This document shows, one piece after another, positions 54,669 to 64,000 of a stretch of DNA of 64,000 nt. Source of the DNA: Candidatus Thermofontivivens primus (GTDB taxonomy: Bacteria; Sysuimicrobiota; Sysuimicrobiia; Sysuimicrobiales; Thermofontiviventaceae). The notes below the pieces were generated by a model. The model had not been told where the DNA came from. It ran no database searches and saw nothing but the letters and a program-made list of their open reading frames with translations. The position numbers and the translations under genes were made by a program. Each line of letters starts with the position of its first letter. Position 1 is the stretch's first letter. Location: assembly GCA_031458695.1 (NCBI GenBank), contig JAVKJW010000004.1, positions 61,283-125,282 of the forward strand. The letters are read 5' to 3'.

Positions 54669-54707
54669 AGGGAGGGGACATCCTGCGATGCAGGATGTCC
54701 CCTCCCT
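54669..54707 (+). other. 18-bp perfect hairpin after the SBP gene (mRNA stabiliser or attenuator)
   Basis: agggaggggacatcctgc-gat-gcaggatgtcccctccct; no T tail. Confidence 0.65.
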
Positions 54708-54729
54708 GCACGAAGTATCTCGTGATCTC

Positions 54730-55614
54730 ATGGGAAGACAAAGAAGTCGCGGATCTCAGGCCTTGCCGTTCCTATTGCCTGCTGTCAGCATCTTACTGTG
54801 CTTCACCATCTTCCCCTTCCTGTTTACGGTTGCACTGACCTTCAGCCGGGTCTCCTTAGTAGGAGGCCTCAAGCTCCAGTTCGGGGGCTTGCAAAACTGG
54901 ATCCGCTTGGTCCAAGACGACCGATTTTGGAATTCCCTGGGGAACACCCTCTTCATTGTGGCGGTCGCGGTCTCTGTGGAGTTCATCCTAGGGCTCGGCC
55001 TCGCGCTCCTCATCAATCGACCGCTTCGTGGGGGCGCCTTCTTCCGGACGATCTTTATCCTGCCAATGGCCCTTGCCCCCATTGCCATCGGCTATATTTG
55101 GCTGATGATCTACCACGAGACCATTGGGCCGCTCAATGTGCTCCTTGAACGGATCGGGCTTCCTCCTGTAGGTTGGGTGAGTCGCCGGAACGTCGCCATC
55201 TACTCGATCATCATCACAGATATCTGGCACTGGACGCCGTTCATGTTCATTGTGCTCCTTGCAGGGTTACAATCCCTTCCTGCGGAGATCCTCGAAGCAG
55301 CACAGATCGATGGGACTTCTGGCTGGCAGCTCTTCCGATACATCACATTTCCAATGCTCCGCCCGACAGCGATCGCGGCGATCATCCTGCGTAGCCTCGA
55401 AGCCTTCAAGATCGTCGATGAAATCTTCATCATCACGGGAGGAGGACCTGGGGTAAGCACAGAAAGCCTTACGCTGCATGCATATTACATCGGCTTCCTC
55501 TCCTTCGACCTCGCCTACGGCGCCACCATCGCCATGAGCCTGTTCTTGCTGGTCCTTGTGGTGGCTCTCTCAATGGTCCGGATCACTCAACGGTACCAGA
55601 GGGTGGAGGTATGA
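54730..55614 (+). CDS. Sugar ABC permease
   Basis: EAAQIDG loop, WHWTPF and TGGGPG; start uncertain (54688 or 54730). Confidence 0.9.
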   Translation: MGRQRSRGSQALPFLLPAVSILLCFTIFPFLFTVALTFSRVSLVGGLKLQFGGLQNWIRLVQDDRFWNSLGNTLFIVAVAVSVEFILGLGLALLINRPLRGGAFFRTIFILPMALAPIAIGYIWLMIYHETIGPLNVLLERIGLPPVGWVSRRNVAIYSIIITDIWHWTPFMFIVLLAGLQSLPAEILEAAQIDGTSGWQLFRYITFPMLRPTAIAAIILRSLEAFKIVDEIFIITGGGPGVSTESLTLHAYYIGFLSFDLAYGATIAMSLFLLVLVVALSMVRITQRYQRVEV

Positions 55615-55617
55615 CCT

Positions 55618-56469
55618 ATGTGGATGCGGGTATTCAAGGCCGTTTTCATCTATGCAGCTCTCCTTGCCTGGTCAGTGTTTGCGCTCTTCCCTCTTTACTG
55701 GATGGTCATTGCCTCCTTCAAGGATCCTCTTGCCGTCAGTCAGGGTCCCACGTTCATTCCATGGGTCGATTTCCAGCCCACACTCTCCGCGTGGAAGGCA
55801 ATTCTCTTTGGCATCGAACGCGAGACTATTCGGGGCCCCTTGGTCAATAGCACTGTCATCGGGTTAGGGAGCACCATTCTCGTTGTCCTCGTAGGTGCCA
55901 TGGCGGCATACGGCCTTACCCGTTTCCAGATCCAAGCAGGGCCCTTCCGAAACCAGGATCTTCTCTTCTGGATTGTCTCCCAGAGGATCATGCCCCCCAT
56001 CGTCACAGGGCTCGCGCTGTTCATGATGTTGCGTGTCCTTGGCCTGATCGATACACGAACTGGTATGATCCTCGTGTACACTGCGTTCAACCTTCCCCTC
56101 GCCGTGTGGCTCATGCATAACTTCTTCCAACAGATCCCTCCGGATATCGAAGAGGCAGCTCTTGTGGACGGGGCATCACGGGGAAGGGTACTCTGGCACA
56201 TCGTCTTGCCCGTCTCCCTTCCAGGGCTGGTGGCGACCTTCCTCTTCTGCCTCGTGTTTGCTTGGAACGAGTTCCTCCTAGCGCTCATCTTAACGTTTAA
56301 CCGGGCACGGACCATGCCCATCCTAATCGCTGCGCAGCACTCCCAACGGATGATTGAGTGGTGGTCTCTGTCTGCGATGTCTCTCATCACCATTGCCCCA
56401 GTTGTCCTGATCACTCTGGTACTCCAACGGTATCTCATTACAAATGTTCTCGCAGGGGCGGGACGATAA
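55618..56469 (+). CDS. Sugar ABC permease
   Basis: EEAALVDGAS and FAWNEFL. Confidence 0.92.
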   Translation: MWMRVFKAVFIYAALLAWSVFALFPLYWMVIASFKDPLAVSQGPTFIPWVDFQPTLSAWKAILFGIERETIRGPLVNSTVIGLGSTILVVLVGAMAAYGLTRFQIQAGPFRNQDLLFWIVSQRIMPPIVTGLALFMMLRVLGLIDTRTGMILVYTAFNLPLAVWLMHNFFQQIPPDIEEAALVDGASRGRVLWHIVLPVSLPGLVATFLFCLVFAWNEFLLALILTFNRARTMPILIAAQHSQRMIEWWSLSAMSLITIAPVVLITLVLQRYLITNVLAGAGR

Positions 56470-56505
56470 AGATCGAGAAATCTTCGATCGAAGGAGGTGC
56501 GAGCG

Positions 56506-57531
56506 ATGGAGTATCGATTCCTAGGCCGGACGGGCCTTCAGGTTTCGGCGCTCTGTTTCGGCACACAGACCTTCGGATGGGGAGCTGATGAACGCACGGC
56601 ACACGCGATGCTCGACCGGTTCGTAGATGCAGGCGGGAATTTCCTCGATAGCGCAGACAGCTACAATCAAGGACAATCCGAAACGATCGTAGGAACATGG
56701 CTCAAGTCACGGAAAAACAGGGATCACCTTGTGATCGCCACAAAGGTCTTCTTCCCTACAGGACCTGGGCCCAACGACAGGGGGCTCTCGCGGAAACATC
56801 TCCTGACCGCGGTGGAGGGGAGCCTCCGAAGGTTGCAAACCGACTACATCGACCTTTACCAGATGCACTGTTGGGATGCAGCGACACCGCTGGAGGAAAC
56901 GCTTGAGACCCTCAACGACCTTGTACGCTCTGGGAAGGTCCGCTATATCGGAGCTTCCAACTTCACCCCTTCCCAGCTTGATCGCGCCCTCATGTTAAGC
57001 CGGTTTCATGGCTGGGCACGCGTGGAGTGCTTGCAACCAGAGTACAGCCTCCTTGTCAGGAGCCCGGAATGGGAATTGCTCCCTCTCTGCCGCGCGGAGG
57101 GTGTCGGGGTCATTCCTTGGTCTCCCCTGGCCGGAGGATGGCTAACAGGAAAGTACCGGAAGGGTCAGCCCATCCCTCCAGATAGCCGTGCCGGCCGGAG
57201 GGACCGCTTCGAAGATCTCCCCGAACAGCGAGCCACGGAGCAGGCCTGGGAGGTAATCGAAACCCTCGTAGAAGTAGCGAGGGAGGTCGAGAAGACGCCG
57301 TCCCAGGTCGCCCTGAACTGGTTGCTCCAGCAACCGGGTGTAACAGCACCGATCTTCGGAGCCCGCACGATCGAACAGCTCGAGGAAAACCTCGGGGCGG
57401 TAGGGTGGAAGTTGTCCTCTGAACATGTGAAGCGGCTCTCTGATGTTAGCTCCATACCCTGGCCGTCCCCCTACAGCTTCATCGCCCGGTATACCCGGGA
57501 AAGGCCTGGGAAGGAACCGCTCGCGCCATAG
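56506..57531 (+). CDS. Aldo/keto reductase
   Basis: [31 protein letters not shown] and WSPLAGG. Confidence 0.93.
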   Translation: MEYRFLGRTGLQVSALCFGTQTFGWGADERTAHAMLDRFVDAGGNFLDSADSYNQGQSETIVGTWLKSRKNRDHLVIATKVFFPTGPGPNDRGLSRKHLLTAVEGSLRRLQTDYIDLYQMHCWDAATPLEETLETLNDLVRSGKVRYIGASNFTPSQLDRALMLSRFHGWARVECLQPEYSLLVRSPEWELLPLCRAEGVGVIPWSPLAGGWLTGKYRKGQPIPPDSRAGRRDRFEDLPEQRATEQAWEVIETLVEVAREVEKTPSQVALNWLLQQPGVTAPIFGARTIEQLEENLGAVGWKLSSEHVKRLSDVSSIPWPSPYSFIARYTRERPGKEPLAP

Positions 57532-57552
57532 AGAACACTAGACAGAGAGCCG

Positions 57553-58479
57553 ATGAAGACCGTTGCCGTTGTGGGCAGCATCATCACGGACCTAGCGGTT
57601 CTCACTCCACGTTACCCGAATCGAGGGGAGAACATCCTCGCGCACCGGCTGCAGATTGGACCGGGAGGGAAGGGAGCAAACGCGGCTGTCGCGGCAGCTC
57701 GCCTTGGCGCTAGGTCTATTCTCGTGGGCAGGGTAGGCGACGACGAATTCGGTCGGCAGGAGCTCGCTGCGCTCCGCGCCGAAGGCGTCAATATCGACGC
57801 GGTAGGGATCGACCCAGAGGTCCAGACAGGCACAGCGATCATCCTCGTTGACGATGAAGGAGAGAATACCATTTTGGTCATTATCGGGGCCAATGCCAAG
57901 TTAACCCCCTCCCACGTGGAGGAGGGCCTGGCTCCGCACTGGCAATCCCTAGACGCTCTCCTTGTAAACTTTGAGGTCCCCCCGGAGACAGTCGCAGCTG
58001 CCGTGGAAGGGGCATCGTCCCGCGGTATCCCGGTGATTGTGGACGCTGGACCTCCCCGTACGTACGGACCGGAGATCTGGGCCAAAGCCACAGTGATCTC
58101 TCCCAACGAGCTGGAACTCTCCACGCTTGTTGGATACCCCGCCGCAGAGGAGAACCAGGTCCAAGCGGCGCGTGAACTTCTCAAAGCAGGTCCGAAAGCT
58201 GTAGTCCTCAAACTTGGTGCACGAGGATCGCTCTTGGTCACGGAGGAGGAAGTTCGCCGGATCCCCGCATTCCAAGTGCATGTTGTCGATACCACGGGGG
58301 CCGGGGATGCGTTTAGCGGTGGCCTTGCGGTGGCCCTCGCTGAGGGAATGCCCCTGCACGAGGCGGTCCGCTTCGCCAACGCCGCAGGAGCGCTTGCCAC
58401 GACCCGCGTGGGGACGCTGAGAGTCATGCCATGGCGAGCTGAGGTCGAACAGTTGCTCAAGAACCAGCCCGACCAATAG
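57553..58479 (+). CDS. Ribokinase-like PfkB sugar kinase
   Basis: GGKGANAA, PNELE and DTTGAGDAF. Confidence 0.92.
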   Translation: MKTVAVVGSIITDLAVLTPRYPNRGENILAHRLQIGPGGKGANAAVAAARLGARSILVGRVGDDEFGRQELAALRAEGVNIDAVGIDPEVQTGTAIILVDDEGENTILVIIGANAKLTPSHVEEGLAPHWQSLDALLVNFEVPPETVAAAVEGASSRGIPVIVDAGPPRTYGPEIWAKATVISPNELELSTLVGYPAAEENQVQAARELLKAGPKAVVLKLGARGSLLVTEEEVRRIPAFQVHVVDTTGAGDAFSGGLAVALAEGMPLHEAVRFANAAGALATTRVGTLRVMPWRAEVEQLLKNQPDQ

Positions 58480-58485
58480 ATCCGC

Positions 58486-59190
58486 ATGTCTCCAGAGCCT
58501 TCCCCCTCACAGAGACGATACCGCGCAGTGATCTTTGACCTCGATGGGGTCCTGGTCGACAGTGAACCCATTCATTTTGAGGCTCTTAACGAGATCCTGT
58601 CTCAAGAAGGGATTACCCTCACCGAGGAAGAGAACCAAGAGTTCCTTGCCCTACCGGCTAACGAAGTATGGGGACGATTGGCCGGCCGGTATGCCCTACG
58701 CGGCCAAGTAGAGGAGTACCTTCAGCGATATGAGAAAGAGGTGATGCATGCATTCCAGAAACCTCTGAAGAGCCCACCCTTCCTCCCAGATCTCCTCCAT
58801 ACCCTGCAGAGCAAAGGAATCGCCCTGGCTGTCGCATCCTCATCCAGGCGCGAGTGGATCGAGAAGATCCTGACCACGCTGAATCTCCGGGAATATTTCG
58901 CCGTCATCGTCTCCAGTGATGACGTCCAACGCGGGAAGCCCGATCCGGAGGTTTATCTCTCTGCAGCTCAGCGCTTAGGTATTCACCCGCAGGAGTGCCT
59001 TGCAGTAGAAGATGCACCAAACGGCGTTTTGAGCGCCAAAAGGGCAGGGATGGACGTAGCCGTGGTCCAAGCGTTCTCTCCACACAGTGGTCCCATCCCG
59101 CAAGCCGACTTCACAGTGGGTTCTTTACTCGACATCCTCGCGTTGGTTACCCCTTCCCAAGAGCTGCCTCCCGCATCCGGCGGACGGTGA
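58486..59190 (+). CDS. HAD family phosphatase
   Basis: FDLDGVLVDSE, ASSS, GKPDPE and EDAPNG. Confidence 0.92.
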   Translation: MSPEPSPSQRRYRAVIFDLDGVLVDSEPIHFEALNEILSQEGITLTEEENQEFLALPANEVWGRLAGRYALRGQVEEYLQRYEKEVMHAFQKPLKSPPFLPDLLHTLQSKGIALAVASSSRREWIEKILTTLNLREYFAVIVSSDDVQRGKPDPEVYLSAAQRLGIHPQECLAVEDAPNGVLSAKRAGMDVAVVQAFSPHSGPIPQADFTVGSLLDILALVTPSQELPPASGGR

Positions 59191-59815
59191 TCTGAAAATC
59201 CTCCCCGGTGAACAAGCCTGTGGATCCACCAACAAGGACGTTGGCCCCCCTCGCGACGAGGAGAGGAATGGTCCTCTCATTGACGCTCCCATCCACCTCG
59301 ATATCCACGGCCCTTCCCCTCTCCCGAAGGAAGTTAGACACCGCCTCGATTTTGGGGATCACCGCAGGGACGAAGGGTTGCCCAGCGAAACCGGGGTCCA
59401 CGGTCATCAGGAGCACCACCTCCACATGATCCAGCACATACAGGAGGCCATCGACGGGCGTAGCCGGGTTCAGTGCGACGCCCGCTTCCATCCCCAGACG
59501 ATGAACCTCCTGGAGGGTCCTGTGGAGGAGCGGGCACGCTTCAAGGTGAACGATGACGCGGTCGCATCCAGCTTCTGCCAGGGAGGAGAGCAAAACCTCC
59601 GGTTGCTCCACCATCAGGTGGGCTTCGAACGGGAGACGTGTCAGGGGCCGCAGGCAGCGGAGGAACCCCGGGCCAAGCGCGAGGTTCGGAACGAACCCTC
59701 CGTCCATCAAGTCGAAGTGGAGGAGATCTACCCCTGCTTCTTCAAGGCAGGCGACCTGTTCTGCGAGGCGCGTGAGGTCGGCGCACATCAGGGAAGCAGC
59801 GATCTTTACGCTCAC
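59147..59815 (-). CDS. Ribulose-phosphate 3-epimerase family, AlsE (allulose-6-phosphate 3-epimerase)-like
   Basis: SLMCAD, HFDLMDG.FVPNL, MTVDPGFAGQ and GSTGLF; the SLMC and GLF features are AlsE-like. Confidence 0.82.
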   Translation of the reverse strand: MSVKIAASLMCADLTRLAEQVACLEEAGVDLLHFDLMDGGFVPNLALGPGFLRCLRPLTRLPFEAHLMVEQPEVLLSSLAEAGCDRVIVHLEACPLLHRTLQEVHRLGMEAGVALNPATPVDGLLYVLDHVEVVLLMTVDPGFAGQPFVPAVIPKIEAVSNFLRERGRAVDIEVDGSVNERTIPLLVARGANVLVGGSTGLFTGEDFQITVRRMREAALGKG

Positions 59816-60810
59816 TTGGCATACCTCACTCCCCGGGAAAGCGAGATCGCGGCGATGGCCAGCACTGTACCTCTTGCCACGTACTGATAAAACGGAGGGA
59901 CACGGAGCAGGTTCAACACATTCCCTAAGATGGTCATGATGAGGGCTCCCATGAATGTTCCGGTGAGGGAACCAATCCCGCCCACAAAACTCACCCCGCC
60001 GAGGACCGAGGATGCAATCGCGTCCAGTTCGTATCCCTCGCCGGCGATGGGGTAAGCGGAATCGAGCCGCGCCGCCGCCATCACACCCCCAAGCCCCGCA
60101 CAGAACCCAGAGAAGGTGAACGCATAGAGTTTCACCAGGTCCGCCTTCACTCCCGAATACCGCACCGCATCCTCATTTCCGCCAATGGCATAGATGTAGC
60201 GACCGATCCTCGTCCGGGAGAGCACGAGCTGGCCTCCAATATACACTGCCAGCATGAGGAACGTCAGGCCGGAGAACGGCCCAAAGTAGGTGGCGATGCT
60301 GCGGAACTCTGGAGGGAACAGGGAGATCGGCACCCCACCGCTCCAGATCAGAGCTCCACCCCGGGCGACAGCCATCATCGCCAACGTGGCCACAAAGGAT
60401 GGGATGCGGACCTTGGTGACGAGAAGGCCGTTCACGGCGCCACACAGAATCCCCACTAGAATCCCGATTCCGATGGCCAGATACCCTGAGACTCCCCACC
60501 ACTTCATGAATCCGGCGGCAACGACACCGGAGAACGCAAGGACTGCGCCAGGGGAGAGGTCGATTCCCCCGGTGAGGATCACATACGTCTCCCCCGCGGA
60601 GAGGACGGCGATCACAGAGACCTGCGCCAGGATGTTCCGGATGTTTGTCGCGGAGAGGAAGTGCGGGGAGAGAATCGACGAGACGACAATGAGGAACAGG
60701 AGTGCCGAGAAAGGCAAAAGCTCCCGGTATTCCCCAAGCCTACCGAGCGTGGTCACCGCGTTTCCCCTTGAGACGAACCTCAAACTCCCTTCCTCCTTCC
60801 CTGCCCTCAC
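59812..60810 (-). CDS. Ribose-type (CUT2) ABC permease
   Basis: ILTGGIDLS, GRYIYAIGGNE and YELDAIA..LGG; start approximate. Confidence 0.92.
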   Translation of the reverse strand: MRAGKEEGSLRFVSRGNAVTTLGRLGEYRELLPFSALLFLIVVSSILSPHFLSATNIRNILAQVSVIAVLSAGETYVILTGGIDLSPGAVLAFSGVVAAGFMKWWGVSGYLAIGIGILVGILCGAVNGLLVTKVRIPSFVATLAMMAVARGGALIWSGGVPISLFPPEFRSIATYFGPFSGLTFLMLAVYIGGQLVLSRTRIGRYIYAIGGNEDAVRYSGVKADLVKLYAFTFSGFCAGLGGVMAAARLDSAYPIAGEGYELDAIASSVLGGVSFVGGIGSLTGTFMGALIMTILGNVLNLLRVPPFYQYVARGTVLAIAAISLSRGVRYAK

Positions 60811-62345
60811 AAAGTGGTGACCCGTTCTTCGATCCCCATTGCACAGGCCATGACCCGATCCTTTGTTGCTTCCTCCCGGGGGAACCTCCCTGTCACCCTT
60901 CCCTTGTGAAGAACCAGGATGACGTCAGCAATGGAAAGGACCTCCTCCACATCGCTGGAAGCAAGGAGGATCGCCATTCCCTCTTGGGCGAGCTGGGAGA
61001 GGAGCCTCCTCACCTCTACCTTCGCACCCACATCGATCCCCTTTGTGGGCTCATCCACCAGGAGGACCTTTGGCTTTGTCTCCAGCCATTTGGCAATGAC
61101 AACCTTTTGCTGGTTCCCCCCGCTGAGGGCTTTGACCTTCTGCCTCGGGCTCCTTGCAGCGATCCGCAATTTCTCCATCCACCTCTTGGTCACCTCAGCC
61201 TCCTTGGCTCCGTCGATGAAGAAGAGCATCCTGCTTAGCTCATGGAGTTTCGGCAGGGTGAGGTTGGCGGCCACGCTCATCTCGGAGATCAGTCCCTGGG
61301 TCCTGCGGTCCTCTGGAACATAAGCAAGCCCATGAAGCTGTGCTTCATAAGGGGTCCGGATCCGTACCTCCTTGCCCTCGATCCAAATCTTTCCCTTCAC
61401 CACCCGCTCCATCCCCCACAGTGCCTTGCACACCTCTGTCTTTCCTGCGCCAAGGAGGCCCGTGATGCCCAGGATCTCCCCCTTCCGGATGCGGAAATGG
61501 ATATCCGTGAGATTCACGGATCCCGTGCCGGCGGTGGAGAGACCTTCAACGGCAAGCACAACCTCTCCCGCCAAAGCAGCTTCCTTCGGATAGAATGCCT
61601 CAATGGTCCTGCCGGTGATCCAGCGGATGATCTCTTGCTTCGAGATCCCTTGCACATCTGCGGTCCCTACCACCCGGCCGTCACGAAGGACGGTCACCCT
61701 GTCGCAGATTTCGAAGACCTCGTCGATGCGGTGCGTGATGTAGATGATCGAGATCCCTTTCCCTTTCAATGACCGGATGAGCTCAAAGAGCCGTTCGATC
61801 TCCTTGACGGCTAATCCAGAGGTAGCCTCATCCATGATCAGGATCTTGGCGTTCATGGAGAGCGCCCGCGCAATCTCAACTTTCTGCTGATCGCCAAAAC
61901 TTAAGCGTCCTACTTTCATTTGGGGGTCGATGCCATCCCCCAGCATCTGGAGGATCTCCCGGGCGTGCGCATAGGCCGCAGCAAAATCTACAAATGGCGA
62001 AAGCGGCCTTGTGGGCTCCCTTCCGAAAAGGATATTCTCCGCAACGCTGAGGTTCGGGAAGAGACTGAGCTCTTGATGGATCATCGCGATCCCCAAGCTT
62101 TTCGCCACAGAAGGATCGGTGATCTCCACCTCCCTGCCTTCGAGGAGGATCCGCCCTGTATCCTTCCGGTAGATCCCGGTAAGGATCCGCATCAGGGTTG
62201 TCTTGCCCGCCCCGTTCTCGCCCAGGAGGCCGTGGACCTCCCCCCTGCGGAGCTCCAGATCCACATCCTCCAGGGCCTTCACGCCTGGAAAGGATTTGCT
62301 GATTCCTTCTACCTTCAGGAGAACATCCACCTTCTCGGCTCCCAT
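60807..62345 (-). CDS. Ribose-type (CUT2) ABC ATP-binding protein
   Basis: GENGAGKT, LSGGNQQK and DEPTKGIDVGAK; two NBDs. Confidence 0.94.
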   Translation of the reverse strand: MGAEKVDVLLKVEGISKSFPGVKALEDVDLELRRGEVHGLLGENGAGKTTLMRILTGIYRKDTGRILLEGREVEITDPSVAKSLGIAMIHQELSLFPNLSVAENILFGREPTRPLSPFVDFAAAYAHAREILQMLGDGIDPQMKVGRLSFGDQQKVEIARALSMNAKILIMDEATSGLAVKEIERLFELIRSLKGKGISIIYITHRIDEVFEICDRVTVLRDGRVVGTADVQGISKQEIIRWITGRTIEAFYPKEAALAGEVVLAVEGLSTAGTGSVNLTDIHFRIRKGEILGITGLLGAGKTEVCKALWGMERVVKGKIWIEGKEVRIRTPYEAQLHGLAYVPEDRRTQGLISEMSVAANLTLPKLHELSRMLFFIDGAKEAEVTKRWMEKLRIAARSPRQKVKALSGGNQQKVVIAKWLETKPKVLLVDEPTKGIDVGAKVEVRRLLSQLAQEGMAILLASSDVEEVLSIADVILVLHKGRVTGRFPREEATKDRVMACAMGIEERVTTL

Positions 62346-62375
62346 GCGGAAAGGCTTTGAACTTAAGGTAGGGAG

Positions 62376-62405
62376 GCGGGCCCAGGGGATGCCCCCTGGG
62401 CCCGC
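62376..62405 (-). other. 13-bp GC hairpin after the SBP gene
   Basis: gcgggcccagggg-atgc-cccctgggcccgc. Confidence 0.6.
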
Positions 62406-62435
62406 ACCCTGTTCGCGCCAGGGGTCCAGGCAGGT

Positions 62436-63470
62436 CTACTTCGTGCCTGGGAGTTTTGGAGGCGTCTTTGTGACTTTGTCTACCTGGCCCACGTTCTCCT
62501 TCGTCACCACCATGGTGGGAGTCCCAATGAGTAGGGCTCCTGTAGGCTTGTAGACGGGAGTCCCCTTCGGAGGCTTCCACCCCTCGCGGATGTGCCGAGC
62601 GGCAGCCTCAACACCCCAGTATCCCATGATGTAAGGAGCCTGGGCAACGGTGGCTGCGAATTCCCCACGTTTCACCGCCTCTACAGCATCCTTAATGGCA
62701 TCGAAGCCCACGATGATCACCCCATCAGGGAACCCTACCTTCAACCCAGCTGCCTTCAAGGCCTCCAGGGCTCCGAGGGCCATCTCATCGTTGGCCGCGA
62801 TCACGCCATGGATGTCCTTGGTGGTGCCGAGGATGTCCTCCATCACCTTAAGACCTGTGGCCCGGTCGAACTTCGCCGTAAGATCTGCGACGATGTCCAC
62901 TTCCTTCGCCTTCTTCAGGGGATCCAGCACGTTCTTGAATCCCTGTCCACGTTCAATCGCAGAGGAGGCACCTGGAGTCCCTTCCAGGACGACGATCCTC
63001 CACGGCTTCTTTTTCTTGGCTGCCTGGAGGAGCTCGATGAGCTTCTTCGCTCCCTCCATTGCGGCCTTTACGTTATCTGTCCCGATGTAGGCAATCCGGT
63101 CTCCCCCGACCACGTCCCGGTCAAGGGTGAATACAGGGATCTTCGCTGCGTTCGCTTTCTTTACGGCCGCGACGAGCCCCTCCGCAGTGATGGGGTTGAG
63201 CAGGATGGCGTCCACCTTAGCGGCAATGGCATCCTCCACCTGCCGCGTCTGTTGCTCGACATCGTTGCGCGCATCATAGGAGATGACCTCAACAGCAAAC
63301 TTCTTCCCGGCGGCTTTGGCGCCATCAACCATGTCCACGAAGAACGGATGCGCCAGGCTGCTGACGAACACCGCCGCCTTCACCGGCTTCGGCGCCACAG
63401 ACCCAGGCGCCGCTAGGGCAAGAAACAACCCCACGCAGATGACAACGCTCGCCAGCTTCCGTATAGACAT
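62436..63470 (-). CDS. RbsB-like sugar-binding protein
   Basis: Signal peptide; HPFF, IPVFTLDR, NDEMALGA, VGFDA and ATVAQ. Confidence 0.92.
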   Translation of the reverse strand: MSIRKLASVVICVGLFLALAAPGSVAPKPVKAAVFVSSLAHPFFVDMVDGAKAAGKKFAVEVISYDARNDVEQQTRQVEDAIAAKVDAILLNPITAEGLVAAVKKANAAKIPVFTLDRDVVGGDRIAYIGTDNVKAAMEGAKKLIELLQAAKKKKPWRIVVLEGTPGASSAIERGQGFKNVLDPLKKAKEVDIVADLTAKFDRATGLKVMEDILGTTKDIHGVIAANDEMALGALEALKAAGLKVGFPDGVIIVGFDAIKDAVEAVKRGEFAATVAQAPYIMGYWGVEAAARHIREGWKPPKGTPVYKPTGALLIGTPTMVVTKENVGQVDKVTKTPPKLPGTK

Positions 63471-63506
63471 CTCCCTCCCCTCCTTATTCAAAGAATCCTG
63501 GAGACG

Positions 63507-64000
63507 CTAGCTCCGCTCTGCGATGAACTGTTCCACCTCCTCTCGTGCAGGCATCGAGGGCTGAGCTCCCATCCGGGTGACTGAGAGCGCCCCCACGTAG
63601 TTTGCAAACCGTGTTGCCTCTAGAAGATCCTTCCCCTCCGCAAGGGCGACGGCAAACCCTCCCGCGAATGCATCGCCAGCGGCGGTTGTATCCACAGCCT
63701 GTACGGGAACCCCAGGCACGTGATGGACGCCCGAGGGACCCATGAGAAGGGCGCCCGAGGGACCCAGTTTGACAATCACAACAGGCACGCCCCTCTCTTG
63801 GAGGATCCTTGCAGCATCCCTTGCCTCCTCCGGTCCATGAATAGGGATCCCGGTGAGCACCTCCGCCTCGTGTTCGTTGGGGACAAGCACATCGACAAGC
63901 TCATACATGCGTGCAGGGAGCGGGGCAGCGGGCGCGGGGTCCAGGATGACCGGCACTCCATGGTTCTTGGCGATCTGCGCAGTATAGAGCACCGTCTCTA
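63507..64000 (-). CDS. Ribokinase (5' end lies outside the window)
   Basis: ILDPAPA, PNEHEA, DTTAAGDAF and GAQPSMP. Confidence 0.9.
   Translation of the reverse strand, partial: ETVLYTAQIAKNHGVPVILDPAPAAPLPARMYELVDVLVPNEHEAEVLTGIPIHGPEEARDAARILQERGVPVVIVKLGPSGALLMGPSGVHHVPGVPVQAVDTTAAGDAFAGGFAVALAEGKDLLEATRFANYVGALSVTRMGAQPSMPAREEVEQFIAERS

Overview
GC-rich bacterial chromosome segment with about 55 CDSs, 2 tRNAs and 2 clear riboswitches; the taxon cannot be determined from the sequence alone. In order: the tail of a Mo-hydroxylase large subunit; a PAS-LuxR regulator plus a secreted octaheme cytochrome c; pdxR-like/pdxS/pdxT; rsmI; a DUF1998 DEAD/DEAH helicase with a 50-bp IS200/IS605 (IscB-type)-like scar at its start codon; tRNA-Leu, a Zn-ribbon protein, an Fe/Mn SOD and tRNA-Ser; a form II cox cluster (coxG-S-L-M, coxD-E, xdhC, mocA); a decayed MNT-HEPN pair; a SAM-I riboswitch-led hom-thrC-thrB-lysC-thrC2-moaD run; a fluoride-riboswitch operon (frameshifted cation/H+ antiporter, USP, two coupled MutS-ATPase-only proteins) next to IS21-end and integrase remnants; GNAT + OSBS/NSAR; UPF0182; a GntR-controlled LeuCD-like/CoA-transferase/HMG-CoA-lyase-like/ABC catabolic operon; and two sugar ABC clusters with an L-rhamnose-isomerase-like and an AlsE-like enzyme. 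The most interesting leads are the fluoride-regulated MutS-like pair, the SAM-controlled ThrC2/MoaD route, the putative citraconate/(R)-citramalate pathway, the IscB-type scar, a dispersed palindromic element after stop codons, and two candidate ncRNAs. All protein calls come from motif recognition by eye; no database search was run.
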